A stretch of 63,470 nt of DNA, counting the filler, from Atractiella rhizophila (lineage: Eukaryota), in NCBI GenBank assembly GCA_021432655.1. It is 7 parts of 6 records of this genome, joined end to end, with 100 filler letters (N's around TTAATTAATTAA, not from the genome) between each part and the next. Parts side by side here need not be neighbours in the genome. Positions count along the whole stretch, not along the records: positions 36,598 to 43,101 come from MU272019.1; positions 43,202 to 48,350 come from MU272020.1; positions 48,451 to 54,095 come from MU272020.1; 4 more parts are not named here. One strand, given 5' to 3'. Of this stretch, positions 38,176 through 51,400 are shown piece after piece. The notes under the pieces were generated by a model that saw only the letters and a list, made by a program, of their open reading frames with translations, was not told the DNA's origin and ran no database searches. The translations under genes were made by a program, and so were the position numbers. Every line of letters begins with the position of its first letter. Position 1 is the first letter of the stretch.

Positions 38176-38588
38176 AATGAGGATAGAGTTAACACTTCAA
38201 CAGGAAATAGAATGTGTACCCGGGTGTACCCGTGTTAAAGATTCAACTCTGTAATGATGATGTATAACTTGTTTATGGATCATTTTCTTTATGGCGTGTC
38301 TTGTCAGACTAGTAACCGTTACCGTTACTACTTTATCACATTTCAGGTACGATCAGTCTAAACACTCGGTGATTGGGATAGATATCGCGCATTGAAGTCG
38401 TGATGGAGAGTGATCTGTGCAATAATAACATGAACATAGCTATAGGCCAATTATGTAAATACGAAATCGCTGATGTATTTACAAACTGGGGCAACCCATA
38501 CTCCGGCTCTATCTTAGAGAAAAATGAAGAACAAAAGTCAGTGTTTTGAAAAGAAGCGAAAGAATTCAACACAAGGACCTGCTGGGAA

Positions 38589-40852
38589 CTACTCTTCTTC
38601 TGACAGCCGTGCCTTTTTCTGCCCGTGACCCTCATTCATCTCTTCATCCGCCATCTTCCTCTTCGCTCCTGTTCCGATGCTGCTGCTATCAGTCGTGTTC
38701 GTCCCGGCACCATTGATCAGCTCAGTCACGAAACCAAACGGATTCGCGTTGTTGCCCTGTACCTGCTGCGAAGCTCCAGCGGCACCCTTATTTTTCCTCT
38801 TGACGAGACCCATTTTTGCCAAATCTTTGACTTCACCGTCAATCGGCGCGGCAACAAATGATCCATCGTTCGCCATACGCTTCTTCGTCGGACTCCGCTG
38901 AATGAGATCCAGCACAGCGCGTTCGGACGGTAGGAGGGCTTGCTCTGCAGGGGGTTCTGCAATGATGGCTTTCAGATCCTCGATCTGCATACGTCGATTT
39001 CAGCATGTAAAAGGAGAAAGGGGAATGATGAACCTTCATTCCCATCTCTTTAATCATCTCTTCAATATCTGCAATCTCCCGTCTATCCTTCTCAGCTTCT
39101 TGCGGTCCAGCTGGATTCCCTGTCAGACGATCTCGTCTCCGTTCTAGGACTCGAAGAGCAGATTCGGTATGAAAAAGTGCTTCTTCCTTTTTTTCGGTCT
39201 GTGTCCCAAATCACATATCAACATGTCAATAAGTCGTATATGTAAGAATTGAGAGTTGGGGCACAAGAATGCGCACCTCCTTCCACCCTCCATCTAAACA
39301 CAATGCAATCATATAATTTGTGCTGCCGAGCATTCTATCATCCGGATCTACAGCCTTCTCCATGATAGCGAGGGATTCACGGTACTCATTTAGAGCGAGC
39401 TCGAAGTTACCTGCACCATTTGAAGGGATAACGCTCATCAGCATTATTCTTTAGGGCAGCAAGTCACCTGCCATTTTCTAGTTGGACTTCCCCTAACAGC
39501 TCATATGTAAGCCCAAGCTGTAAAGACCAATCTTTCTTCCGTTCATCCACTTCCTGACTTTCCTTGCCCTTCCCATTGCGTTCTCCCCCCTTATCTCCCT
39601 CTTCTTCACCGTTAAGAAGCTTCATCCAAACAAGCCTCGCCTGCTCCAAAACGCCAAAAGCACTCTCCAAATCGTCCTCCTCTTCACCCTCCTCCTCCTC
39701 GCCATCCTCACCAGCCTCCTCACCCGCACCGTCTTCATCGTCCTCATCTTCTCGCTCCATGATTTGTATCTTCCTCGCGTTTGCACTTCTCTCTCCACTG
39801 GGACCAGAACTTGCAGAGGGCTCTGCCACATCTCCAGCCTTAGCTTCTGGTGCACCACCGAGTGCAGAAGACGTGGAGACGTGGAGGAGGAGGAGGGAGC
39901 GGCCGTACAGGAGAAAGGACCGAGCCAGGAGAGGGTCAGGAGCGAGATCACTGCCGAGGGAAGACGTCCTGTGTATTAGAGAGAGGTTAAGTGACTTCAT
40001 TCGAGCATGGCATCCCGTACAGTAAAGGCTTTCGAAGCCGAGATGTCAAAGAGGTTCAATACCAATGCCAAAATATTTGTACACATTCGCAGCACAATGT
40101 GAACTGCATAACGGACTGGAGCGACAGCAAATAGGAGCGCAATGGATAACAGCTGAACTGCGCAGAAACAAGCCTCATCCTCGTGAAGATGGTGCACGCG
40201 AAAGCGTTGCCACTTCTTTAACCTCCACATTCAATTGTAAATTACTCGACATCACGCTCATGATATGTTATGAGAGTCCAACCCAATCAACCGAATGTTC
40301 ACAAAATGCTGCTCCAATTCACACATCTTTTGCAGCTGTCAGTATTTTGCTTGCCAGCCGTCGAATTACCAAAGAGTGCGGCGTTGCCGTCTGACAGCAG
40401 GGAGGGTAAACCCTAGGGCATAAAACGGAGCAAAATTGCTCACATAGTTCTGCTCTAATTGGATAGATAGGATAGACAGTTTACCTGTCCTTCAGACGCG
40501 TCTCTTGCCACCAGAGTGATATTAAGACATCTCAACCACCATATGTCTCATTCCATCTACCGAAGGAATGCTGAAAGGAGAAGACGCACAATTTTTCTAC
40601 AGCTCTCGAAAATTCATCCGCCGCTTCCGAGTACTTCTTATTTGCCAAGTTCCTTTCTCCACTCTTCACCAGTTCATCTACCGATAGCTTATCTTTTTCG
40701 TCTTCTTCCTCTTTCTCTCCCCGTTGGCGCTCTGTCTGCTGAGGAGCGACACCATTCTCAGTTGTCGCAGCTGATCCATTAAACGCGTTCTGCGGTGGTG
40801 CGTCATTATCGCGTTCTGCTGCTGGAGAGGGTAAAGGCGGCACCGCAGACAT
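38589..40852 (-). CDS. NASP/Sim3/Hif1-family histone chaperone (SHNi-TPR)
   Basis: TPR1 GERNLANKKYSEAADEFSRAVE, LLYGRSLL, acidic insert ending EEEDDLESAFGVLEQAR, YELLGEVQLEN/NFELALNEY; basic C-terminal NLS-like AKRK..KKARL. Confidence 0.9.
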
Positions 40853-41101
40853 GGCGTGAAATGTGGTTAAAGCGAGTATTCGGGGCGAGACGAGGTTAAG
40901 ACGCGGTCGTGGTTTGTTAGTGACCTCGGTTCGGCACGTGCAATTGCTGATGAAAGCGGATCCGAATCTGTGTCTGGTCCCGCGTTTTGGCTGAACTCTC
41001 AGCCAGCATTCGACGGCGACTCTTCTTTGTAACGTTATAAAAAAACCAGAAGACTCTTTCTCCCCTGAGCTAACTCACGACGAGAAAGAAGAAATCCGAA
41101 A

Positions 41102-42590
41102 ATGTCTGCCGATAAACTCTTCCCTGATGTTGCCCAAGCATTCCTCCCGACTGGATGCAAGTTGGACCCTTCGAAAGGTGCGCTCACTTCGTTTGACTGA
41201 ATTTTTATCGCTGATTTTCTGCTGCAGTTGGAGTTCATGGTACCATTGGTACGCTACGTCGATACCAACAGACAGTTGATTGATAATTCGATGGCAGAAC
41301 AAGCTCTCAATCGATCGCTGATACTGCCAAAACTCAGCGACCAGAACGAAGAAACGATCACTGATAACGTTGCCCTCGTCATGCAACATTGTCAGGTAAG
41401 CGCTCTATCATATGTAGGCATTCTAAAGTGATTGTGTTCAGGACGAACGTTTTCAAATTTGTGATGCAGTCACTTGTGAAGCACCTTCATACCTTTGCTC
41501 GAGAGGTAGACCTCACAACTGAAGAGGTACGCCTCCACATCTTCCTATCATTGATCCAGCTCAATCAGACTTGTCGTTAAGTGGATGAAAGGAATCGAGT
41601 TCCTCACTGCGACTGGCAAGATCTGTACCGACATCCGCCAAGAATTCATTCTCCTTTCCGACGTCCTAGGGATGTCCCTTCTTGTGGACAGCCTGAGCAA
41701 TCCCCAAACCGGAAGGGTAACCCCGTTTTTCTTAGATCTCAATGCAGCTTGTTCATTTTGATGGATATAGATGCACACCGTCAACCGTGCTGGGTCCATT
41801 CCACGCCGACGATGCGGAGATGAAGGAGACCGGAGGCTCGATAGTTAACGATTTGGCTGGCGCGGCTGGCGATTATATTTGGGTAAGCGTCCACAAGACA
41901 TAATACATCATTTATAACAACATTTAGGTGGAGGGCAAAGTCCTAAACAGCGAAAGGAAACCTATTGAAGGTGCCATTTTGGACATCTGGGAGACAGATG
42001 CAATCGGTGGTTACGACAACCAGAAAGGTGTGTTCACTTGACCCCACCAAGGAAAAGAATCCTGATTTTGGTTACAGAGGACCGGACGAAAGCAGACTAT
42101 CGTGGTCTAATCAAATCAGCCTCAGATGGAAAGTACTCGTTCGCTGCCACCATACCTGTGCCATATAATATCCCAGGGGACGGCCCAGTTGGCGGAATGC
42201 TCGCTTATTCAAAACGTCACATTTTCCGTCCGGCGCATATGCACTTCTGGATCAAAGCAAATGGGTACGCTGATCTAGTCACCGCCGTGTACCGGAAAGG
42301 AGATCCTTTCGAATTTAGCGACGCCGTAAGCCTCTCCCATACTTCAATCTGTCTTAACATGACCATGATACGTCACCCAGGTCTTTGGAGTCAAGTCGCA
42401 ACTATGTTACGATTTTGTGCCCGTGACAGATGAGGCTCAGATTTCTAAGTACGGATTTCCTCCAAAGGGACAAAGGACGACGGACGTATATAAGTTGAAT
42501 GTCGACTTCGTGTTGGCATCTGAAGAGGAAGCGAAGGCCTTGAAGGATGAGAAAAGGAAGAAGGCAGAGGAGAAATTCAAGAAAGCATAA
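41102..42590 (+). CDS. Intradiol ring-cleavage dioxygenase (hydroxyquinol/catechol 1,2-dioxygenase type)
   Basis: TITDNV, LVKHLHTFAREVDLTTEE, RQEFILLSDVLG, STVLGPFH, LDIWETDAIGGYD, PVPYNIPGDGPVG, RPAHMHF, SDAVFGVK. Confidence 0.95.
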
Positions 42591-43201
42591 AGTGTACCAT
42601 CATTTCGTTTAACCTGCCGATTTGTAACAATTGCCTGTAACATTGACCTAGACCCTGATTCCACGGCTCCCAACGAACAACCTGACCGAATGGTGAGGGT
42701 TGGATCATTTGTTGGCGTGGTATGCCATGAAGCGAGAATGACGAGAAGCAAATGCTGACAAAGAGACAGCAAGGCCGTTTTTTGAGCACGATGGCCTCTT
42801 TGGAGTGACCTCTTGCCTGACTCTATTGTCCTCTCCTCCACCCCAGTCTTCCAACGAACGTCGATGACTTGTCACGGCCGGGAGAATGCAACTGAATACA
42901 AGACAGTGAGTGGGACCATTGAGCCAGATTTACCTTGAGAACCAAACTTGGAGGGGTATCCAATAGACGAAGTTACAGTTTCACACAAGCCTTTTTGCCA
43001 GCGTGTGAACGTGCTGACAACGCTGCTGTGGGTGATTTGACTCCATAAACAGGAAAGGTCGGTAATTATTGTCATTAATGTCATTAATTTCCTGGACGGG
43101 GNNNNNNNNNNNNNNNNNNNNNNNNNNNNNNNNNNNNNNNNNNNNTTAATTAATTAANNNNNNNNNNNNNNNNNNNNNNNNNNNNNNNNNNNNNNNNNNN
43201 N

Positions 43202-44613
43202 GCCGTTGCGTTTTTGAGTGTGCTGAAGAACCGGCGGGAAACGAGGTTTGAAGTTTCTTCACCGCCGTCGAGGTACAGGGTGGTGAGCTGTGTGAGGTGT
43301 GACAAGTCGAGCGGAGTGGGTAGGATGGAGGTCTTTCCATCAGCAGAGAAGGGCGCGAGCACGAGCCTGAGATCTTCCAGAAGAGGTGGCAGAGAGTGAG
43401 CTGAGATGGAGAGCGGGAGGGGACACATATTGGAGAGGTGCAGGCGATGTAGGGTGTGTGGGAGAGAGAGGTATGGGGAAGGCGGGTACTCATCAAGTTC
43501 CAGGTATTCGAGGCGAGAAGGAATTTGAAGGCCACCTGTAGTAGAATGGGCAGAGTCCTCTACGCCTCGAGCAGCAAGCTTTCTGATCCTATCACCCATC
43601 CTCCATACAAAGCTTTCGACCTCCTCCTTCCTCCATTTCATCGAGCCTTCCCTTCCCAATATAACCTCGTCCAGCTGTTTCATTCTTCCGATTGCATCCA
43701 ACAGAATCTTCGCTTGCTCTTGACTCCAAAATGCATCTAAGTACACTACAGTGACATTTGGTGATCCCGCGATGATCTCTTTCACCATTGCAACACTGAT
43801 GCTTTCGCCAAACTCCAGTCTTTCCCACAGCCGTCCCGCGCCAGGATAGAGTTTCAAGCGCTCATACTTCTCCGCCGTCAAATCAGGTTCGCGCCAATAT
43901 GGCACTGAAACTTCCTTCCAGAGCTGGCAGACGTCACAGAGGATGGAAGCGTCTATGATGAAACTAAATATGAGAGAGAGGAGCTCGGTAGACAAGTGCT
44001 GGATTGAGCACGGAGTAACGCCTGGGGGTGGGGGGACCGAGATTTGGACGATGCTGACCTCGTCGTCAGGGACGGATGGAAGCGGCGACGATTCGTCGTC
44101 ACTGATAGGGAGAAAGCGCATTTCGTTTCTAGAGTATAGGGCGACAGCGGCGAAGATGGCGTGGTGGGGATGGGCAGGGAACATGCGCGTGAATGGCCTC
44201 ACTTGTGCATCTGGTGAGTCGACATATGATTTGACTTCTGTGGGTGTTGCTTTGACTTCTCTTTCTACAGACGACGCATGCCTTTCGACCTCCTTAAAGG
44301 CTACCTTGACATCCCTGTAGCTGATGGTGACGGAAAGATTGGCCACATCGTTATCCTCGACCGCCATTTCGAGATATTCCAGTGATAAAGAAGACAATTT
44401 CGACGATATCTGGCGAGGATTTCTGGGCGTGAATGAACGAGGTACGACAAAAGTGACCCGGAGCGTGTGAATTGACGGAGGTAAGCGAGAGTTGAAAGAG
44501 GGAAGAATGGAGAGGTGGATCCGCTCGGTGTACTCGTTGCCTGGGGTGATGAGATTGACAAGTCCCGTTGAGTTCGCTTCCCGAGAGCCCTGGCACACGG
44601 TCGATGTTGGCAC
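43202..44613 (-). CDS. Internal F-box + LRR protein, 3' end cut by spacer
   Basis: IQHLSTELLSLIFSFI...LCDVCQLWKEVS followed by LRR-like LEYLEL, LHRLHL, LEDLRL, LTTLYL; about 200-aa unrecognised N-terminal region. Confidence 0.75.
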
Positions 44614-45559
44614 CCCAACTGTTTCCTAAAGGAAGATATCAAACGTCCCGCCGCATCTGTTAGACGAGATGAACAAAGCGAAAAATGAGATGACATGCCT
44701 GCGTTGCCCCGTCTGCCAACGAAACTGGGTCCATCTCGAAAGTTAAGCAGGGCTGGACAGAAAACAAAACTGTGAGACCTGGTCAGATGCACCGTTCCTG
44801 AGAAATTGTAGCGTGTGACGTCGACGAATTATATCGTGGTTTGGCAGTTGGGGGATGGAGGAACATTGCCCCGCTTCTATGTAGACTCGGAGAACTCGGA
44901 TGACGTGAAGGAGGAAGGAGGAGAACAAGGTAGTCTGGCCTTCCCTCTTCAACACCCGCGCCGTAACAAAGTTGCGGGCTTAGCTACAGCTCTGGAGGCG
45001 GACATGCAGTCTGTACCAGCATAAGTGTTTCATCGACTGTGTTCATGAATATACATCATAGTAAAGGAGTAGTTGAAGTTCTTATACTTCGAGTTCTGAA
45101 TGACCGGAGGGACCTGAGATGACTGAGACCATCATCGTCGATGTAGATGGGTCTCAGGGAATGTGTGCTGGAACTTATTTTTGAGCGATGAACCAACCAT
45201 AAAACTCCAACTCCAACACTGAACACTTCGACTTTCGTTCTCAACTACTGAAATTATTCTTAAAGTGCACACCTTTCTCCAAGTTCCAACAAATCTACAA
45301 TCACAGCTAATAACTAATGTAATCAAGCTTCAAACAATGTAAATTTTAGGATAAGAGTAAGACGTCGTCGCGGTTCTCTGATTTACTCTGCTGCCAATGA
45401 AGTTATTGTATTTGTGAAATGATGCGCGTGTATATAATACGGTCAGACAATTGCATATCTTGTCGACTACCTTGTTACAAGTTGAACCTTGAAAGGTCTG
45501 AAACGCGAAATGATGGATTTATTACTTGAATCAATTTGGAACCATCACCATCTACTGCG

Positions 45560-46825
45560 CTAGTAAAAGGTGGAGAGAAAGGCAGCACCCGTAGTCTCGA
45601 CAATAGAATTGACGACATTCACGCCCAACTTCCTCAATTTCGCCCACGCCTCTGCCTCTCGAGCGGTGGGGGAAAAACTTCCAGCCCGCGCATTAATGAG
45701 CATCACCCAGCATTTCAGTAACTCCTCTTCTCTCTTCTTCATCAGCACTTGCAGCATTGCGAACCGGTTAGACTCCTGTGAGAGATGAAGTTCGATTGTC
45801 TGTATTGGAGCCTTCTCAAATAAACCAATTATGACGCCACAATGTCGTTGGTTGATCGCCCGCAATGTCAGCTTTTTGAGCTTCTTGAAGTCTATCGGTT
45901 CCCAGATCGATGTAGAGAGGTCCATGTCGTGCTCGTAATCGTCGAATTCTATCTCCTGTAAGGAGGCGGCAGATGCAGCGAAGAGGGAATAAAGCGAGTT
46001 GAAGTCGAAATCGAGATACAAGTTGTTCTGGTTCGTGAAGCTGAGAGTTTGAAGATAACAGGGCAGGCAGTGCGACCGCAGGACGAGGTCAGATTGATTG
46101 AACATGACCCCTAGAGCAAGGTGCTTGAGGTTTGGGGATGACAGCAGACTGTCCTCGGGCTGTCGACCTCCGCTTTGACTGAAGATTATATCCAATGGTC
46201 CATAGATATTGAGCGAGATTCGTTCTACGGGCGCATCTCGGAGAGCATGAAGCAGCGAAGTAACTGAGAACGAGTCGTCTCGCCCCGATTGGAACGACAG
46301 GTCCATCTTCACCGCTCTCAAGTAGTGATATTGTTCCAAGGACTCCTCCAACCCATGGATGAACACTCCAGCCCATTGGTTACTCTTTAGTGTCCTATAA
46401 TTTCCAAGTACCGTCAACTCGACAGTTTCGATCTCGAAGCCCTCTAAGGCTTTCACGCATTCGCTTAAGTACTGAATCTGCTTCTTGATGTCCAAATTGT
46501 TCGAAAAAAACTCATGTTCAAGCAAGCAGATGCGTAGATTCCGTACAGAGGAAAGGGCAGGGTGTGAACCGATGGGTCGCAGATAACGACGGCTCTTCAT
46601 GGGATACGGTCCATCCCGTAATCCCAGATCAGCAGAAAAGGTGACGGTGCGGAAAAGGCTAGGTGTGACGAGGTCGCGCACGAGGTGGGAAACGAGAGAG
46701 AGAGATCGGAGAGTTTGGGGAAAGGTGGAGTGTATGGATAAGATCTGATCGACTAGTTCACGAGGCAAAGAAAGAAGGCGGAAAGGCGAGTCAGGCATGT
46801 TGTTGCTGTTACTGTCTTGAGACAT
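45560..46825 (-). CDS. F-box/LRR-like protein, single exon, 421 aa
   Basis: LLSLPRELVDQILS...LRSLSLVSHLVRDLVTPSLFRTVTF, then LKHLAL, LQTLSF, LKKLTL. Confidence 0.8.
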   Translation of the reverse strand: MSQDSNSNNMPDSPFRLLSLPRELVDQILSIHSTFPQTLRSLSLVSHLVRDLVTPSLFRTVTFSADLGLRDGPYPMKSRRYLRPIGSHPALSSVRNLRICLLEHEFFSNNLDIKKQIQYLSECVKALEGFEIETVELTVLGNYRTLKSNQWAGVFIHGLEESLEQYHYLRAVKMDLSFQSGRDDSFSVTSLLHALRDAPVERISLNIYGPLDIIFSQSGGRQPEDSLLSSPNLKHLALGVMFNQSDLVLRSHCLPCYLQTLSFTNQNNLYLDFDFNSLYSLFAASAASLQEIEFDDYEHDMDLSTSIWEPIDFKKLKKLTLRAINQRHCGVIIGLFEKAPIQTIELHLSQESNRFAMLQVLMKKREEELLKCWVMLINARAGSFSPTAREAEAWAKLRKLGVNVVNSIVETTGAAFLSTFY

Positions 46826-47634
46826 GTGTGAGATGGAAGTAACAATGTGAAGAAATCCTTTCTTAACAAGGAACTCAGAACCTGTTGATTTTCAAAGGGA
46901 ATTGGTATGGAAGCGGGCCGGGGGGAAGAATCATGGTCTCAAGGATGGCAGCGTAGATAGATCGCTGAAAGAGCAGATCACGAATACATGAGAAAGAGAA
47001 CGGCTCGGCATAGATAAGATGTTGTCTGTTTGCACATCATAGCCACAGCGCATATCCCGATTAATCCATAAACAGAACCAAATGAGAAGATCGAAGGTTA
47101 ACCTGGCTGATGGGCAAGCGGTCGAGAGAGACGAATAAAAGACAAAATCAAGACTATTACAGTTCGCTCTGACATATTGTTCTCTCCATCGTGGGCATTA
47201 AAGAGCGCCGCAGAAACGACTCACAAGGGCCCAACGACAAACAAATAATCCGGGTACGAGTTGCAGTGTTTTATCACTTGTACTCAAGGAGTATCAAAAG
47301 GGACCTAAAGATCGCGCTTCTGAGTGGTTCGAGCGCAAAAGCTAGCGAAAAGGACTTGATGTAGAACTGTACACACCTTTGAATTCCAATATATCTGTCA
47401 AGGATCACGCGCACGACTCACACCAATAGTGCTCCAGTGTCTAGAGTCGAATCTTAGGACCTAGAATGAGACGTTCGAGGTGATACGCTTCCTTTCTTAG
47501 CTGCTAGCGACTTCGCTTTCCTCTGTTGATAGTCGTTACCCGTCACTGTTCACAACAAGTTCCACCCTGTCGGACATACCCCAATCCATCGGCGATACCT
47601 TCCCGCTGTTCCTCTCACTTACAACGGTCTCAAC

Positions 47635-48350
47635 ATGATCCGACCTTCCTCCGCCTTTCCCGCGTGTCTCTCGTCAGCTCCACCAGATCCTCCCTTCTGC
47701 GACCTGCCTTCCGTCTCGCCCTACTACGCCGCCGCTTGTGAAGAGCAAGCAGACCTTTGGTCCGCTTATGAGCTCTACAGACCAAATTGGGGAGAGACGG
47801 AGCAGTATGTTGTCATTAGAAAGGTGGGTAAAGGAAAGTATAGTGACGATTTTGAGGGGAGGAGAGGGGAAGATGGGGAAAAGGTGGCTATTAAGGCATT
47901 GTCCATTTCTCAGTTCCTTTCGTACATTAAACTCATTTCTTCAACGAGAACAGGTCCTTAAACCGGTGAAGAAGGACAAAATCCTTCGCGAGATCAAAAT
48001 CTTACAAAACCTCTACGGTGGACCAAACATCATCAAGATGCAGGATATGGTCATGGATTGGTACACGAAGACACCATCTTTAATTTTTCCATTTGTGGAG
48101 ACATCTAACTTCAAGACTTTGAATCTCAGCCTTAACTTGAAGGATATTAAATACTACATATTCTTATTGCTTACAACCTTGGACTGGGTTCATTCGAAAG
48201 GAATCATGCATCGGGATGTGAAGCCTACGAACGTGCTTATCAATCACAAGCAACATAGCGTAAGTATATCTCTTCTTTAGGTATGGAGCTCAACCTAACA
48301 CTACCGAGATAGTTACGACTAGTAGACTGGGGATTAGCCGAGTTCTACAT
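47635..48350 (+). CDS. Casein kinase II alpha-like kinase, divergent; cut by spacer
   Basis: [68 protein letters not shown] (the DWG motif is CK2-specific). Confidence 0.9.
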
Positions 48351-48473
48351 NNNNNNNNNNNNNNNNNNNNNNNNNNNNNNNNNNNNNNNNNNNNTTAATT
48401 AATTAANNNNNNNNNNNNNNNNNNNNNNNNNNNNNNNNNNNNNNNNNNNNAGTTACGACGGCTGGTAACCTGT

Positions 48474-51400
48474 TCACGTAAAGTTCTTGCTAAACCAACC
48501 AGCGACTCCTTGCTTCAGGGCTTGTTGAGCAGCCACACGCTTCGCCTCCTTGATCATCTCCGACGCTCCTTTTCCAATGTCTTCCAAAGCTTCCTGAACA
48601 TTCGCCAACCGGTTCTCACGCTCTTCGAGCGCCTCTTGAGTGTGTTCAAACGGGTTCGAGCTACCCGAAGCGGCATCCGCTGCTGGACGACGAGCGATGG
48701 TCGATGCGCGCTTAGGGGCAAGCTTGGAAGTTACCGTTGGGGGAGGATCTGGTTCTGGTCCACCCACTGGGTTTCGTGAACGTCAGCAACAAATAGTTCA
48801 TAAGAAACGGCGTACAAAGTTCATCGATGGTCCTTCCGTCGCTCACCGCCGTTTCTCCATCTTTGCCAGCCCACCAATTTGACCAAGCTTCAACTTGGCT
48901 CATGAGGATGTTATTCTTTGTCGGATGAGGAGGAATCTCAACATGTCCATCTACAAGCTTCATATTTGGTGGGAAGGAAGGTCGATTGAAGTCGAAGATG
49001 CTGTAAATCTCCATCGCTCCACCCGGCGAGGGATATATAAAATCGCCAGTAGAAGGGGTGATATGTATCCTGTCCAAAGGGAAGGCATCGGAAGGAGTCA
49101 TGATTCCGATCCGGTTATCCTCCTCAAGATGCGGGAGAGAGAAAGAAGATATGCGTCCGTTCCTCTGAACGAGGAGGAGAGCGGAATCACCAGATTGATG
49201 GATATAGGAAGATGTCACGAGTTCGCTGTCCGTACTCTTTTTCAGTACCCGAGAGCCGTTGACTCCCGAAAAGACCTCGACCGTTCCATCTTGCGACACG
49301 GAATAAAGATAACTCTTCGCCTCCTCGTCTTTCCTAGAGGTTGCAAGTGTCGGGTCCTCCATGAACGCGAGGGCAACTTCAAGGGTCTCAGGCGTTCCTC
49401 GCAGCTCGACACAATGATGATCCATGACATATAGTGAGAGCAGAGGCGTTCGAACAGTCACGGAGGTTGTGTGATGAGTGTTGACTGTCCAAGTCGACAG
49501 GGAGTAAGAGAGTGTGAGTATCCGGACATGACCAGATGTATAAGCGACAAGAAGACGTGGAGAGACCATTCGATCCGTCGAGAGCTCGCACACCGCCCAC
49601 TGCAGCAAGATGGCCTCACCCCAATCCTTCCCCTTTCGTTCTTTCTCCCTCTCCTTCGACACATGAACCACCTCCTCAGAATCCCTCCAAATCCAATCCC
49701 CGTCCCTCAAGTCTATGATCCACAAACCCAACTCGCCGGATCCTGCCACGAATCCCATATCAGAAAGGCAGAGCTTTCCGTCCTGCTTCCCACTTCCACC
49801 ACTGATGAGAGCGATCGGCTGCACTGCAGACGCAAGAGAAGGATAGTAGTTGTGTCGGAGATCAACATGCTCGATGTGGTGTGCACTCAGTAGCGCATTT
49901 GGAGCTTTGGACGGCGAAGGTTTTTGCTTATGCAGCATGGCGGAGAGGCGAGAGCTTTGGGACGGTCTAGGAGAAGAGGAATCCGCCGCCACGCTGGATG
50001 GAGCAGATGGGGACGAATCCTTTGTCGTGAGATCTGCCATAGCTTCCGTCATCGTAGTGTGCAAATGTTCTCCTTCATCCTCTTCTGCTTCAGTCGGGAC
50101 GAGAGAAGATCGAACGTTTCTCCTTGGGGCGGAAGTCTGACCCAGTCTTTCCAGCGGACAACTTCGGTGAGCCCAACAATCTCTGTTACCATTTAGGAAG
50201 ACGAACCGAAAGACTATAGTCTTCCCGCCTTTCAACAGGACGGCGCAATCCCACGTCTCTTTTGCCAGCTGGACATCCACAATCCATTCTTGGTCTTTTA
50301 CGAACTCCTTCAGCTCCTTCGCTTCCAAGTCGATTGTCAAGTGGTCCAAAGGTTTCGGGAAGAGCTCCTTGATGCGTCCTGAGAAGGCGGGCGCTTCCCC
50401 TTGATTGTGATTTACGCCTCTGAGTGCTCCATGCGGGTCTTGGAGAAGGTGAGGGGAGACTGTACGAACAAAGAAACACCCAGCCTCTCAGGTTGCAGTT
50501 CATAGGTTGAGAGGGGAGGGAGATAGAAGGTGAGCAATCATGACAATGAGATACACACCATCGTAGAATCTGACCTTTCCATCGAGGTGCCAACCAACGA
50601 TTACCTCCTTCGCACCCTCCAAAAAAGCCTTCATCCCCCTCTCCGCGCTCCTCACGCCTTCCATGGCCCGACCACCCATGATGTTCAACCTGGCCGTGGT
50701 ATTCGCATCCTTCGTCATCCTCTGATATACCGTCTGCTTCGGCACATCATACACCTTACCCTCCACAAGGGCACCATCACCCAACCACTCTAAACACAAT
50801 GGGACGGCCAGCCTCCTCGGCTCCTTACTCCATCCCTTCCCCACAACTTTACCAACCTCAAACTCGAATGCTCGCACGCTTCTCTCCAACTCTGCCGCTC
50901 GGGAATCAGCTACAATGATTACTATTCCTTTCGGGTTATGTGCGCCATCATAATGTGGAGAGGAGGGCGAGAGGAGCTGGTATTCGTAGGGGATGAGGTG
51001 TGGGGAAGAATTGGAGGAGGTTGGGAACAGACAGGAGGACTTAGACGGATAGATGAGGGATCTGAGCGCTTCTTGTCGCGCCAGTTTGGCGGATGCACCT
51101 GTGGGAGAGGAGGGAGGGTCAGCGTCGGGGTTGGAGCCTTTGGGATTGCTAGGATCGTCTTTTGGGAACCTGAGTATGGACGAAGTTTGAGAAGGAGAAG
51201 GAGGGGAGCTGTAAAATACGGACGAGATATACCACACTCCCTTCTGCTCCGTCTTCATCGTTCCCCCAAGAACTAACAAACAATCCGTCGTCCCTCCCCC
51301 CGCTTGTTCTCCCGCTCCAGCCGCGACCGAACCATCGGCATGACACCAAGAGAGTTTGAATACGGGTTCCCTAGCACCAACCTTCCCTTCTCCCCCTTCA

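Noticed and set aside
40401..40420. taaaccctaggg as a telomerase-RNA template or telomere seed
   Set aside because: Only a partial single repeat; expected by chance.
36766..42590. MTAP, NASP and dioxygenase as a metabolic gene cluster
   Set aside because: No shared pathway; ordinary neighbours.
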